The notes beneath the pieces were generated by a model that saw only the letters and a program-made list of their open reading frames with translations, had not been told where the DNA came from and ran no database searches. Positions 44,882 through 57,815 of a stretch of DNA of 64,000 nucleotides are shown piece after piece (position 1 is the first letter of the stretch; every line of letters starts with the position of its first letter). The position numbers and the translations under genes were made by a program. Source of the DNA: Cyanophora paradoxa CCMP329 (Eukaryota > Plantae > Glaucophyta); NCBI GenBank assembly GCA_004431415.1, contig QPMI01000325.1, positions 1-64,000 of the forward strand. The letters are read 5' to 3'.

Positions 44882-47800
44882 ATGTACCTCGAGAACGTCT
44901 ACATAGCGCGGTTTAAGAGCTTCCTGGGCGAGCACGAGTGCTCCTTCTCGCCAGGGCTCAACGTACGCGGCGCCCGCGCCCCCCCTTCTTCCTCCGACTC
45001 TGAACGCGGGTGCAGGTCATCGCTGGTGCGCACATCTGCGCTATCGACCCTCTGCACGACGCGTGTTGCGCTGCTCCTGCTTGTACGCCGCGTCGGATCG
45101 TCATCAGCCGATCGCAGCAGCGAGCAGCATCACCCGGCCTGGCCCGCGCGTATACGTAGCGCGCTGCCAATTCTGGCCACGGGCGAGCAGCCATTTGCAG
45201 CAGCATCATCCGCGCGCGTAGCGCTAGCGCGCTGCCGTTCTGGGCGCGCGAGGCTGACTGGGCGATGCTCGTGCAGGTCCGAATGGATCCGGAAAAAGCA
45301 ACGTTTTGGACGCCATTCGCGTCTGCCTGACGGAGGACGTGTCGGGGCTTCGGGTCTCATCTCTGAGAGACCTCATCGCAAAGGCGCCGGCGACCGCGAA
45401 GGGCGAGGATTCGAGCGCGATGGTCACGGTGACGTTCGACAACGCTGGGCGCAAGTTCGCCGCGCAGGGCCTGACATCCGACAAGTATGCGATCACCTGC
45501 ACGCTCACTCCGGAGTCCCGCACGTTCAGGCTCAACGGGCGGCAAAAGAGCCAGAAAGGTCCGCCCGGCTAGCGCGGCCTCGCGCCAGAGCGTGGAGCTT
45601 ACTGCCGCGGGCGCTGCAGAGCTGCGCGAGTGGCTGAAGGCGATCGGGGTCGACGTCGAGAACCCGGCCTTCCTCCTGCAGCAGGGCTCCGCCTCCAGCA
45701 TCCCCACCCGCGAGTGCGCGACGCGCCGCCGGCCGCGGCCCCCTGGCAGCTGGCAGCGCAGGGCCCACGTCGCGGCGCAGGCCCAAGGAGCTGGCGAAGT
45801 GGATCGCGCTCGTCGCGGGGACGGCGCTGTTCCAGGAGAACGTCGCGCGCATGCGGAGCGAGCTCGCGCGCTGGAGCGAGCTCGAGCGCTCCAGCCTCCG
45901 CAACATCGGCGCGGCCGCCCCGCCCTCAACGCCGCCCGCCGCCCGAGGCCGCGGCGTCCGCAGCGGCGCTGGAGGCGTCGCTGGCGAAGGAGGCGGCCGA
46001 GGCGGGCGCCCAGGCCCGCCTGCACGGTCCGCCCCGGTCCCCTCTGCCTCGCCGCCGGCCCACCCCGCGCCTCCGCAGAGCTCGAGGAGCTCATCGAGGC
46101 CGGCGAGCGCCGCCTCCTCCTCGCCCGCCGCCTGCGCGCCCGCGCCGCCGCCGCCGCCGCCGCCGCGAGACGGCGCTCCCTCTCCGCCCTGCGCCTCGAG
46201 AAGGAGGTGCCGCGCCGCGCCCCACGCCCCTCGAGGCCCGTTGGACTCTCCGCAGCGCGAGGCGGCCGCGAGCGGCGCGGAGGCGAAGGCCCTGGAGGGG
46301 CGGCTGGGGTCGGAGGCGGCGGCGGAGGAGGCTCGCTCCCGGGCCATCGCGCCCCTCGTCGAGCGGGCCGCTGCGCTCCGCGCGGTGCCCCCCGCCGCCC
46401 CGAGGAGGGCGCATTCCCTCAGGCTCAGCGGCTTGGGCAGGCGGCGCAGGAGGCGGAGGCGGAGCTCGAGATGGAGCGCGCCGACGCCGCGCGCGCCGCG
46501 GCGGCCTCCGAGCGCCTCTCCAGGGTCCGGCCTCGGCTCCGACGCCACCGCATGCGCCCCGACGCGCCACGCAGGAGCTGGAGAAGGCGCGCGGGGAGCT
46601 CGCCCGGCAGCAGGCCGCCGCCGCCTCAGCCGCCGACCGCGCTGCCGAGCTGCGCGCCAGCGCCGAGCGGTGCGAGGGGCGCGGCGGATGCTGTCCAGCA
46701 AACGCGAGGAGATTGACGGGGCCAGAGCAGGCTGCGGGGGGAGGTGGCGGGGGCGGAGGAGGCGCTGCGCGAGGTCGAGGCCGCAGCCGACGTCGGTGCG
46801 CGCCGCCCGCGCCGCCCCGCGCCGCGGCGCACGATCGCCGCCCGAGGGGGCGGGCAGCGGCGGCGGTGCGGAAGCGGCGGGAGGCGCTGCAGGCGGCCCT
46901 CCAGCGCGAGGCCGCCGCCGAGCGCGCCGCCTCCGCCGCCGCCGTCAGCGTGCGCCGCCGCGCGCCCGTGTTCGACCGCACGCGGGGCCGCAACGCAGCG
47001 CGCAGGCCGAGCGGGCGGCGCGGCATGCGGAGAAGGCCGCGCAGGAGCTCCACGCAGAGGCCGAGCGCCTGGGGCGGCGCGCCGCGGAGGCCGCCGCCGC
47101 CGCCACCGCCGCGGAGAAGCGCGCAGAGGCGCGCGGATACGAGGCCTCCGCGGCCGCTGCGGTGCCTACGGCTCCGCCGCTGCGGCGCACTCGTGGTGCG
47201 ACGCCGGGCGCAGCGGGCGGAGGCGGAGGCGGCGGCGGAGCGGGTGCGGGCGGGCGGGAGGAGCACGAGGCGGCGCTGCGCGAGGCGGCGAAGCACGCGC
47301 GGGAGCTCCGGTGAGGCCCCGGCCGTCCCGCACCGCGCCGCCCCGCGCCAAGGCGTGCAGCGTGGCGCGGCTGCTGCCGGCGGGGGACCCCACCGACGCC
47401 GCTGTGCGCGCGCCGTCTGCGATAGCCCCGCGCGCCGGCCGCCCGGGCCTCCGGCACCTCGAGCCGGCCGCGCAGGCCCCGCCCCTCCTCTCTCTGCTCC
47501 GCCTGCGGAAGGAGGCCGAACCGCACCTGCTCGCCCTCAACGTTGGCGCGCCCGCCCGCCGCCCCGCGCGGGGCGCGCCGGGCGCGAGGGGCGGAGGGGC
47601 AGCCGGGGCGGGGAGCTGGCGGTGCGCGTGGCGGCCGACTCGCGCCCCGTGGAGGCGATGCTGCGCGACGCCCGCCGCTACGGCCGCGCCCTCCGCATCT
47701 GGCCCCTCGGCCCGCCCCGCCCCGCACACTTGCCCGAGCGGAGGCCGGCGCGCGGGCGCTCACGGGGCGCAGACCGGCTGGAGGCGCGAGACCGGCGCGG

Positions 47801-48791
47801 GGAGCAGGGGCGGGCGCGGGGCCCCGGGGACGCCCTGCCCCTCGAGCTGCTCGAGTTCCGCCCCGAGCACGAGCGCGCCCTCCTCCGCGCCTTCGGCGGG
47901 TGCCCGCCGCCCCTGGAGCCCGCTGCCCGCGTCGCGCCCCGGGCGCGAGCCGGCGTGCGATGGCGAGCGCAGGTGGGTGCTCGCGGGGGACGACGCCGCC
48001 GCCGCCGCGCTCGGCCTCCGAGGCATCCCCGCCGTGTCCGCCGCCCGCTCCCGCGGCCTGCTGCAGGGGCCGCGTGAATGACTCGCTGGCTTCGCTTCGC
48101 AGGGCGCCGGACGGGACGCAGCACCGGGCGGGGGAGCTGACGGGGGGCTCCCGGGGCGAGCGGGCCAACCCCCTCCGCACCAAGTTCAGCCTCGACCGCG
48201 CCACCGTCCGTCCCGCGTGTGCCCGCCCCGCGTCCTGGACCGAGCGCTCTTCCACACACGCAGGAGCGGGCCGAGGCGCTGGCGGCTGAGGTTGCGACGC
48301 TAGAGGCAAGAGCGGAGGAAGCGAGCGGCCGCCTCGCGGCGGCACGCGCTCGGGAGGCGGAGTGCACCTCCGTCCGCCGCGCCGCGGAGGAGGCGGCGAC
48401 TACGGCAGCGGAGGCGGAGCGGAGGGCGGAAGCGGAGCGGGAGCGGGCGCAGGGGCTCCGGGAGGAGGCGGCGCGCAGCGCCCAGGAGGCTCGCGCCGCC
48501 GGCGAGCGGCTCCGGGCGGCCGAGGAGCAGCTGCGGGGGATGGAGGGGCCGGAGGGGCGGGGCGGGCCCAAGAACAAGTGCGCGGGGTGGGGCGAGCCTC
48601 CGCCAGATCCTCTGCGCTGAGGGGGGCGGCGCAGGGACGCGGTGCTGGGGGCGATGCGGGCGGAGCGCGACCGCCTCGCCCGCGCCCTCCGCTCCCTTGC
48701 CGGCACCGGCCCGCCCCGCCCCGCCCCGCGCCCGGCGCCTCCTCCCGACGCGGCGGGCAGAGATCGCGGCGGCGGAGCGGGAGGCGGAGGG

Positions 48792-48822
<31 letters not shown>

Positions 48823-50420
48823 AGGCGGAGCGGCTCGAGCAGGAGCGCGAGGAGGCCCCGACGAGGCGGCCGCGGCCGGCGCGGCGCGCCCCGCCCCGCC
48901 CCGCCGCGCGCGCGATCGCGGTGGCGCGATGTTCCTGCAGGTCGAGGCGAAGGCCCGGGCGCTGGCCGCGGCGCGCGAGGCCCTCGCCCGGGCCGAGACC
49001 GACGAGGCGGCGGCGCGCGGCCGCGGCGAGGAGGCGGAGCGGGCGCGCGCCGCCCTCCGCGCCGGTGCCGCCCCGGACCGCCCCGCGCGCCCCGCCGCCG
49101 ACGCGGAGGAAGCGGCGCGCGGGGCGGTGGAGCGGGGGCGGGAGGCTGCGCGGGCGGCGGAGGCGGCGCGGGCGGGGGAGGCGCGGGCGGCGGAGGAGGA
49201 GGCGGCGGCGCTGGAGGAGGCCGGCGAGCTCGACGCGGCGGCGGCGGCGGCGGCGGCTGGGGCCCCCGAGGCGCCCCACGGCGGGGAGGAGGCGGGGCTC
49301 GAGGGCCCCGGGGCGAGGCGGCGCGGGAGGCGCTCGCGGCGGAGCTGCGCGCCCTCCGCGCCGAGCGCGCCGCCCTCCGCCGCCGTGGCATCGGCCCCGC
49401 CGTGCCCGCCCCGCCCGCCCCGCCCCGCAGCCTCGCGGGGCGGCAGCTCAGGCGCGTCGGTAGGAGGCGGCGGGGTCGGAGCGGCGGCAGGCGCAGCTGG
49501 AGGTCTTCCGGAAGCGGGCGCGCAAGGGCGGGGCCGGCGGGGCGGGCGGGGCGGGGGCCGCTGACGGGGGCGCACGCAGCTGGAGGAGGTGCGGGGGCGG
49601 TGGGGCGGCTGAACGAGGGGATCGCCGCCTCCCTCCAGCGCGTCGCCGCCGCCAACCAGGACGCCTTCACCGTCCGCCCCCGTCCCCGCCGCCCTCGCCC
49701 TCTCTCCCCGGCCCGCCCCCGCCAACGGTCCCCCCCGCAGCGCGTCGCCGCCGCCTTCGCGCAGCACTTCCACAGTGCGTTGGAGCCGCCTCGCGGCAGC
49801 GGGCAGCGCCCGCTCAGCCCCCCTGCAGCGCTCGTCCCCGCCTGGCGCGGCGAGCTGCGCAAGACGAGCCCCGACGGCCCCGTGGCCCGCGCCTGCCTCC
49901 GCCCCGCGCCGGCGCCGCCCCTCACGCGCCAGCGGCCCCGTGCAGGAGGAGGGCGTCTCCTTCTGGATCCGGGGCGGGGCGGGATCGGGGTCCGGGGCGG
50001 GGGAGGGTGGGGCGTGGAAGGAGAGCCTGGAGGGGCTCTCCGGGGGCCAGCGGACGCTGCTGAACCTGGCCTTCCTCGTCGCCCTCGCGGGGGCGCGCGC
50101 GGGGCCCCTCTACCTCCTCGACGAGGTCGACGCCGCCCTCGACGAGGAGAACCAGGCCCGCGCTCCGGGGCGTCGGGGGGGCGCTCGCCGGCATCTGATC
50201 ACGAGCGACCGGCGCGCAGGCCGCCGTGGCCCGCCTCGTCGCCTCGGCGTTCCCCGCGAGCCAGGTGCTGTGCGTGTCGCACCACGGGAGCATGCAGGCG
50301 CAGGCGGAGCGCGTGCTCGAGGTCGCCCGCGACGAGACCGCCGGCTCCCGCGTCGCCCGCACCCTCGACAAGCCCCGCCCCGCCCGCGCCCCCAAGCGCC
50401 GCCACACCGCCGCCTCCTGA
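44882..50420 (+). CDS. SMC-family ATPase, divergent SMC2-like
   Basis: [14 protein letters not shown], Walker [16 protein letters not shown]-loop FLLQQG, coiled coils, hinge-like RIWPL-DRL...[16 protein letters not shown], signature [15 protein letters not shown], and Walker B/D-loop [13 protein letters not shown] with SQVLCVSH. Confidence 0.88.
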
Positions 50421-50500
50421 CCCCCTCCGCTTGCAATTCCATCCAAGGTCGACACAGCATGCGCAGCCGAGGCTGGGTGCCCCGGGGATCCGGGTGCGAG

Positions 50501-51344
50501 TCACGCGAGCTCGGCGGTGTAGCGGACCCAGGTTGCGGTGGCGCCGAGGAGGTGGCCCGCCTGGGGCCAGGGCGAGACGGCCCCCGGGACGAAGCCGGCG
50601 CGCTCGTACAGCCGCCGGGCGCCCCGGTTGCACCCAACGCACGCCAGGATGACTTGCCGGTGCCCCTGGCGGTCGCGAGGCTCGGATGGTCAGCTGGCAG
50701 CGTTGCCGGGGGAAGGGCACGCCACGATGGGCTGCCACCGTGGCACCTGGTTGCGCGCATGGGCGACGGCCGCGTCCAGGAGGGCGCGCCCGACGCCGGA
50801 GCGGCGCCAGGTCGGGGCGACGACCATACGGATGAGCTCCGCCGCGCCGGGGTGCGCGGGGTCGAGCGAGGCGCGTACGCCGACGAGCCCGACCGGCGCG
50901 CCGTCGGCGCCGCGGGCGACAAGGAAGCGCACAGCGCCCCGCGCGAGCATCTGGTCGTTGTCCTCTCGCACGCTCCTGTAGATCGCGTCCAGCCCGCGCC
51001 GGCTCCGCAGGAACGCGAACGCCGGGAGGGCGAGAGCGGCGGCGGCAGCGATGAATCGCGACGAGCCCGAATTGGATGAGGCACAAGCTGCGGCTGCAGC
51101 TGCGGCGATGCAGGCACCCCAGCCGACCAGGACGCGCGTGCTGGCAAGGAGTTCCCGAGTCTGAGGGCACGCAAGCTCCAGCCACCCCTGCGCGGCGAGG
51201 GCACGCAGCATCAGCGCACCATAAGCATGAGCATGCAGTGCGGCGCACCTCTCGCAGCAGCGGCTCCAGCACGAGGCGGTCGCAGTCTCGCAGGTCATCG
51301 ATTAGGGCGGGCGCTGCGACGTCGAATGCGCAGGGCAGCGTCAT
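50501..51344 (-). CDS. GNAT acetyltransferase with hydrophobic insert (NAT8-like layout)
   Basis: ELIRMVVAPTWRRSGVGRALL (motif A) and NRGARRLYERAGF (motif B). Start is uncertain. Confidence 0.8.
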
Positions 51345-51541
51345 ACGCGAGACCCCAGACCGTCGGACGTAATCGCCCTCCAGTCACGTGCACCGAGTTG
51401 CAGAGAGCCGCTCCTCTCAGGATGTACCCTCGAAGCCGGAAAGTGTACCCCGGTTCGGATTATCACGTGTATCCCCTTATTTTCAGGTGATACTCCCTTG
51501 CTCGCTCGCAAAGCTCTCGTTGTATTTCGAAAAGGGCGCGG

Positions 51542-52955
51542 CTAGGAGGCGGCCTGGGGGGCGACGGAGAAGCTGTCGAGGATCTTGGTGAGGGCTTCCG
51601 CGTCCTGCTCGAAGAGCGGCTGCTCCGCCTGCACCGTGATCGTCACCAGCCGCCCGTCGTTCAGCGCCACCTTGCTGCGCCCCCGCCCAGGCCTCAGCTC
51701 CGCCCGCCATCCCCCTGGCGGTGGGGGGCGGGGGCGGGCCTGAGGTAGTGGCGCTTGACGACGTTGACGGCGTCCTCGGTCGGCTGGGCGGCGTCGCCGC
51801 CGACCCACGGGAGCTTGCCGGCGCTAGGCTTGATGGGCACCAGCACCTCGTACTCGAAGCAGTAGTAATCCTGATGCTCTTGTTGATGGATGCGAGCGCG
51901 ACGAGGCTCTCGCGGGGCGCGGCACCTTCCCGTCGGGGCTGTCGGCAGCCTTGAGGTGGCGCGCGATAAGCATCTGAGCACTTCCGAATCAGTACGACGA
52001 ACCACGGCTTGCAACGAAAAAGCGCATCGTCGCACCTTGGCGGAGCGCATCGTCCCCGGCCGGTCATACAACTTGATCAAGCGCTCCCCGACCTCGTCTG
52101 CGTACCTGATCAAGGAGTTTCAGGGTGGGTTACGGGGGCCTGCGGAGCGCGCAGCTGAACGATCATACCCCACATCCAGAATATCCTTGAATTCGGTTGG
52201 CGACTGCGATGAACCGACCCTCATAAGCACATGAATGGTGCGGATGGAGGGTAGTGGAAGGTACCGAGGTAATTACGAGATTCTCTTCGTCATTCGTATC
52301 CGGCTTCCTGCATAGAGCCTGCGGTGCCGCGCTCAGTTGCTGGCGGTCATGTGCTAAGGGCACTCAGTTGCTGGCGGCCATGCGCTAAGGGACTGGGATT
52401 GCGCATGCTCGCCTCTACGCCGGGCTGGTCGATGCCGTTGCGCGTGCATTCCCACTCGGTCGGCAGTTGTAGGCTGTAACCACTCGCGTCGTTTCTGAAC
52501 ATCCTCGTCTCCGCCGCCAGAGCTGCGGAAGAGCAGCGGGTCAGCGAATGCAAGAGCACAGGCGCCGCAAAATCCATCTTCTAAGCGCCGGATAGGGGCG
52601 AAGCAAGCCCCGAAACATCTCCAGCTATCCCAATCAAATCCGCGAAGCGACGTGTGCCGACGCCGCTTCCGCTTGCGGCTTGCCGAAACACAAACGGACA
52701 AACAGACGAACCGCTGCTGCTGTCGCCGAGGTTCAGAGCCAGGACGGCGGCGAGCGCAGACGCACAGAAGGTGCGGCTGGCGCCCTCGAAGCGCGTAGCG
52801 CTCTGTCCGGGTTGAGCATCCGACGCCGCGCAAGTGACCGGCTGGGCGGCAGACGTCGCTCTGCGGACGGCCGCCGACGAGATTCGCGGTGCGCCAGTGC
52901 CAGAGAGCCGGCAGCCGGCGCGGCCGAGGGGTGAGGGGACGACGAAGGCCGTCAT
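51542..52955 (-). CDS. PsbP-domain protein with bipartite plastid/thylakoid leader
   Basis: MTAFVVPSP leader, A-L-A cleavage site before ETRMFRNDASGYSLQLPTEW, YYCFEY, RHYL-SKVALNDGRLVTITVQA and KILDSFSV. Confidence 0.75.
52331..52391. repeat. About 31-bp tandem duplication in an intron of the PsbP-like gene
   Basis: ctcagttgctggcgg(t/c)catg(t/c)gctaaggg occurs twice. Confidence 0.85.
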
Positions 52956-53081
52956 GCGACGTATAGCTGTACTGGCGCCGGTGGGTCAAGAGCTCGACGA
53001 TTAATCGACAGGTACCCCCAGCCGCGCGCAGCGGTTAATCGACAGGGCCTCGCGCCACTTGCTGGCCAGCGGCTTTGACCT

Positions 53082-56000
53082 ATGCAGGCGGTAGCCTCGC
53101 CACCGAGCAGGCTACCTCGTCGAACGTCGGTGCAGGCGACGAGTTCGTCGCCTTCAGCGCGGCCAGCAACGAGCGGTGTTGCAGGCGCCAGCAAGCGTGA
53201 TTCATCAAGCGGACTAGGCCACCCGGCAACAGTTCACGGACTAGGCCACCCGGCAACAGTGCGGCAGGCAGAGAGCTGCGCTCCCCAGCCTTCGTGCAGC
53301 GTCGAACAGCCTTTGCCTCCAACTTCGCCCGCAGGGCCTAGCCATGGCCCGATGCCGCCGCCGTCCCCTATGTCCTTCAGTAGCCAGCCGCCCCTGCCGC
53401 TAAAGAGCGCGGAACCGGCCTTCCGGCTGGAAGACCCTCGGTCGAGCGGCCGGCTCGGACGAAGGCCCCGAGATCTGGACGCACCACTGTTGCGGACGCG
53501 TGTCAGCGGCAGCCCCGCAGCAGCCGCCAGCCCTGCTGCGGTCGCAACCACGAGCATGCTGCCTAGCACTCCCGCGGACACCGAGTCGATCTTGAGTCAA
53601 TCCCTGAGCGCCCTTGCGAAACGCAGCAATGCGAACGCACTACTTAGCCCTACCGCCACGCCCTCTGTCGCAACTCCAGGCTCTCACTCAGCGCGCCCGC
53701 CACCGACCCCTACCTCGGCCCGGCCCGCTCTCGCGGCCGGCCGGCCAACCACCACCCCAATTCGGACCCCATCGACGCCAGCAGGCCCGCCCGCTGATGC
53801 CTGGAAAGCGGGGCCGAGCGAACCGGTTAGGTTCGTCAATGCTTTCTCTGCCTGGCCCCCTCCACACCTCAGGGGCGCGCAGCACGCGCAGCAGTGTCAA
53901 CGGGCATCCAAGGAAGGTCGGCTCTGAGGGAGAGAACGTCCGCGTAATCGTCCGGTTGCGACCGCTCAACGCGAGGGAAGCCGAGACGGGTGGGCGCCTT
54001 CTGCCGGGTGGGTGCGGCGCGGGCGCTGAGCGGGCGGCAGGCGGGCGGACGTGCATCTCAGCGGACAGCGCAAACAACCGGGTGGTGCTGGAGACGAAGC
54101 CGGAGCCGGCCGTCTTCACGTACGACTGCGTCGCTGGGCCCTCCGTCGACCAGGTGCCCGTGGCCCCCGCCTTCCTTTTCCGCCTCTCAACGGCCGCTCG
54201 CCCACGACCGCCGTCGCAGGACGAGTTCTTTCACCTCGCCGGCAAGCCCGCCGTCGAGGCCTGCATGAACGGCTACAACGCCACGTGCGCCCCTCCCCAC
54301 CGCGCGCCGCTGCCGCCGGCGCCGATGTGGGGGGCGCAGCATCTTCGCGTACGGACAGACGGGCTCCGGCAAGGTGCGCAGGGCGGGGCGGGGCGGGCGC
54401 AGCGCGTTCTGACGCGGCAGCAGACGTACACGATGCTGGGACCGGTGGACGAGGAGGTGCGGGTCGGGGAGCGGCAGGACCTGCGGGGCATCATCCCGCG
54501 GACCCTTGAGCACCTCTTCGAGACGATCGCCGCCGCGCCCGACGACGGCAGCGAGGTCTCCTTCCGCGTCTCCTTCCTCGAGGTCCGCCCGCCGCCCGCC
54601 GCCTCGCCGCCCCGCCCCGGGCGGCCGCGAGCGGGGCGCAGATCTACAACGAGGCGCTGACCGACCTGCTGGACCCCGCGGGCGGGGCGGGGCGGCTGCA
54701 CCTGCGCGAGGACGCCCGCCTCGGGGTGACGTGCGAGAATCTGCGGGTCGAGAGCGTCTGCACCGTGCGCGAGGCAATGGCGCTGCTGCACAAAGGCGCC
54801 GCGAACCGCCGAGTCTGCGCCACGGCCATGAACCACGAAAGCTCCCGCTCCCACACCGTCTTCACCGTCGCCATCGAGCAGCGGGTTCGCCCCGCCCCGC
54901 CCCGCGACGCACGCGCCCTCTGCCCCATCGACCCCTTTGCGCAGGCTGCGGAGCGCGGCGTGGAGGTGCTGCGGCGCGTGCACCTGAACCTGATCGACCT
55001 GGCGGGCTCGGAGCGGCACGCGGCGACGCTGGGGGCGGCGCAGCAGCTGCGGGAGACGTCGAACATCAACCGGAGCCTGTCGACGCTGGGGCACGTCATC
55101 CGGGCGCTCGTCACCATCGCGCACGGGAAGCGGCCCGTCCACGTCCACTACCGCGACTCCAAGCTCACCTTCCTCCTCAAGGCGCCCCGCCCCGCCCCGC
55201 CCCCGCCATCGCCCCGCCGTCGCCCGCGATGCAAGCGGCCGGCGCAGGACTCGCTCGGGGGCAACAGCAAGACGAGCGTCGTCGCGAACGTCTCGCCGTC
55301 CCTTGCCTGCTTCAAGGAGACCCTCCTCACCCTCCACTTCGCCCGTGCGCCCCGCCCCGGCGCCGGCCGCCCGCGCGGGGGCCGAGGGGCGGTGCAGGGC
55401 GGATGAAGCTGGTGCGGAACCGGGCGATGGTGAACGAGGAGGTCTCCGGGGGCGCGGCGGCGGCGGCGCTGCAGGCGGAGGTGGAGCGGCTGGCGCGGCA
55501 CGTGAAGCTGCTCGAGCATGAGCTCTTCTTCGAGCGCGTCCGCCACCGCGCCGAGGAGAGCGCCGCCGCCGCCGCCGGGGGCAACTCGGGGCGGACGCTC
55601 TCGACGCGGGAGGACGCGCTGGCGGACACCAACTTCTGGCTGGACGAGCCCGAGCTGGCGCGCCGCGGCGAGGAGGCCGCCGAGTACGGGCGGCTGCTGG
55701 GGGAGCACCGGGCGCTGCAGGCGGAGGTGGACGCGCTGCGGGAGGTGCAGGCGAACCGGGAGGAGGCGGCGGCGCACGAGGCGACGCTGCTCAACGAGGC
55801 CCAGGAGATGATCAGCGAGCTCGACGGCGCCCTCGAGGAGGCGAACGGCAAGCTCGCCGACCAGGCCCGCCTCGTCTCCCTCCTTCTCCGCTCCCTCCAC
55901 GAGTGCTCCTGCGCGCCCCCGGAGGCCAAGGCCGCCCTCGCCGCCCTCGCCGACCGCCCCGAGGCCCGCACCGCCCCGCCCCGCCCCCGCTACTGCCCGC

Positions 56001-57483
56001 CCCGCCGCGCTGATGCTGGAGGGCGGCAGATCGCGCACCTGCTCTCGCACTCGCCGCGGCAGGCGGGCTCGGGGCGGAGCTCGCCGCAGGCGGGGCACGG
56101 CCTGCTGACGGCGGCCGAGGCGCGCTCCCGCTTCCAGGCGAACGTCCGCAGCAAGCTCGGCGCCCGCCTCGCCTCCCCCTCCAGGGTGCCCCCCGCCCGG
56201 CCCGCCCGGCCCCCTGCGCACCTGCGCGGGCCGACGGGGCGGGGCGGCAGGCGAACACGGTGCGGCAGCTCCTCGAGGAGGCCGCCGGCAGCCTGGTGCC
56301 CCCGGCCCGCCCCCGGCCCGCCCCGCGCCGCGCCGCCGCTCACGGCCCCGCCCGCAGGTGCCGGCGGCGGCCGCGCGCTCGACGCCGAAGCCGCCGCGTC
56401 CTCCGGCGTCGATCAGGCGCTCCGAGGGGCCCGCGGAGGGCGAGCGCGGGCGCGAGGAGGCGGCGCAGGAGCACGAGGCCTCGCCCGAGCGGGTGCGGGC
56501 GCCGGGCGGGACCTGCGCGGGGCGGCGCTGAGGCGGCGCAGGGCTCGGTGGAGCTCGGGCTGGGGCCCGCCTGGACGCGGCGCGGCACCAGCTGGAGGAG
56601 ACGCGGGCGGAGCTCCTCGCGCAGCGCGCCCGCGCCGAGGCCCTCGCCGAGGAGAAGGCCGGCCTGGAGCGCCGCCTCGCGGGGGTCGCCGCCGAGCGCG
56701 ACGAGGCGGGGCGCGCCGAGGCGGGGCGCCGCGCGGAGCTGGAGCGGGCGCTGGAGAAGCAGCGCGCGTCGGCGGCGGCGCTGGCTGAGGAGGTCGTGCG
56801 GCTCCAGGGCGAGGCGGCGCGCTGGGAGGAGGAGGCGGGGGCGGAGCGGCGGGCCGGGGAGGCGGCGCGGGCGGGGGCGGAGGCGGCGCTGGCGGAGCTG
56901 GGGCGGGCGCGGGGCACGATCGCAGAGCTGGAGCGGTATCTCGAGGAGGAGGCGCTCATCCGCGAGGACCAGCACCGCGTCCTCGCCGCCCGCGGCGCCC
57001 ACGGCCCCGCCCCGCCCACGGGCCCCGCCCGGGGCCGACCTCGAGGCGGCGCGCTGCGAGCTCGAGGCGGCCCGCGCCGAGATCGCCGCGCTCTGGTCGG
57101 AGCGGGCCGAGTGGGAGGGCCGCGTCGTCGCCGTCGTGCGCGAGGCGGCGGCCTGGCAGGAGGCGCACGAGGCCGCCACGCGCGAGCTCGAGCTCGAGAT
57201 CGAGCACCTGCACGCCCAGCTCGCCGCCTCGCAGGCCCACGACCCCCGCACCCCGCCCCGCGACCGCAGCGCCTCCCTCGACAGCTCCGCCCCCCTCACC
57301 CCGCAGTCCCTGCCCCTCCGCGCCAAGGTCCGGCCCCCGCCCCGCCCCTCCCGAGCCCCTCCCGAGCGGCGCCCGCAGATCCCCCCAGGCCGCTTGAACG
57401 CCCGCTACACGGAGACCTCGAGCTCCTGCGAGGGCGAGAGCGTGCCCCCGGCCGCCGGCCGCTCCTTCGTCCACTACATCTAG
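53082..57483 (+). CDS. Kinesin motor, kinesin-12/KIF15-like, with C-terminal coiled coil
   Basis: NVRVIVRLRP, IFAYGQTGSGK-TYTM, FLE-IYNE, MNHESSRSH, LIDLAGSER, NINRSLSTLG and HVHYRDSKLTFLLK-DSLGGNSKT. Confidence 0.93.
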
Positions 57484-57815
57484 CGGGGGCCTCCCACTCG
57501 GGGCCCCCCTTCTCCGAGCTCCCTCCCATCGTCCGCCCACGCTTCTATCTCCCTCGGCCGCATGCAGATTATGTCGTAGATGCTTTAGATTCGAATGCAC
57601 TGTCTTCGCTCGAGCGGAGCCTCCGGTACCCCCCGCGGATCCAGTTTGCAACGCATGCGACCTGCAGCGCCAGCTGCATGAAGAGCACAGCTGCTACCGG
57701 CTCAGTTTCAGCGTTAACGAGCCTCTGAACCGCCAACGACCACGCAATACCGCGAGAGCGGCGCGTTGTTTGCGAGCGCTCGCAGCGCAAGCGGTTCGCG
57801 TGCGCTCGCTGCACG

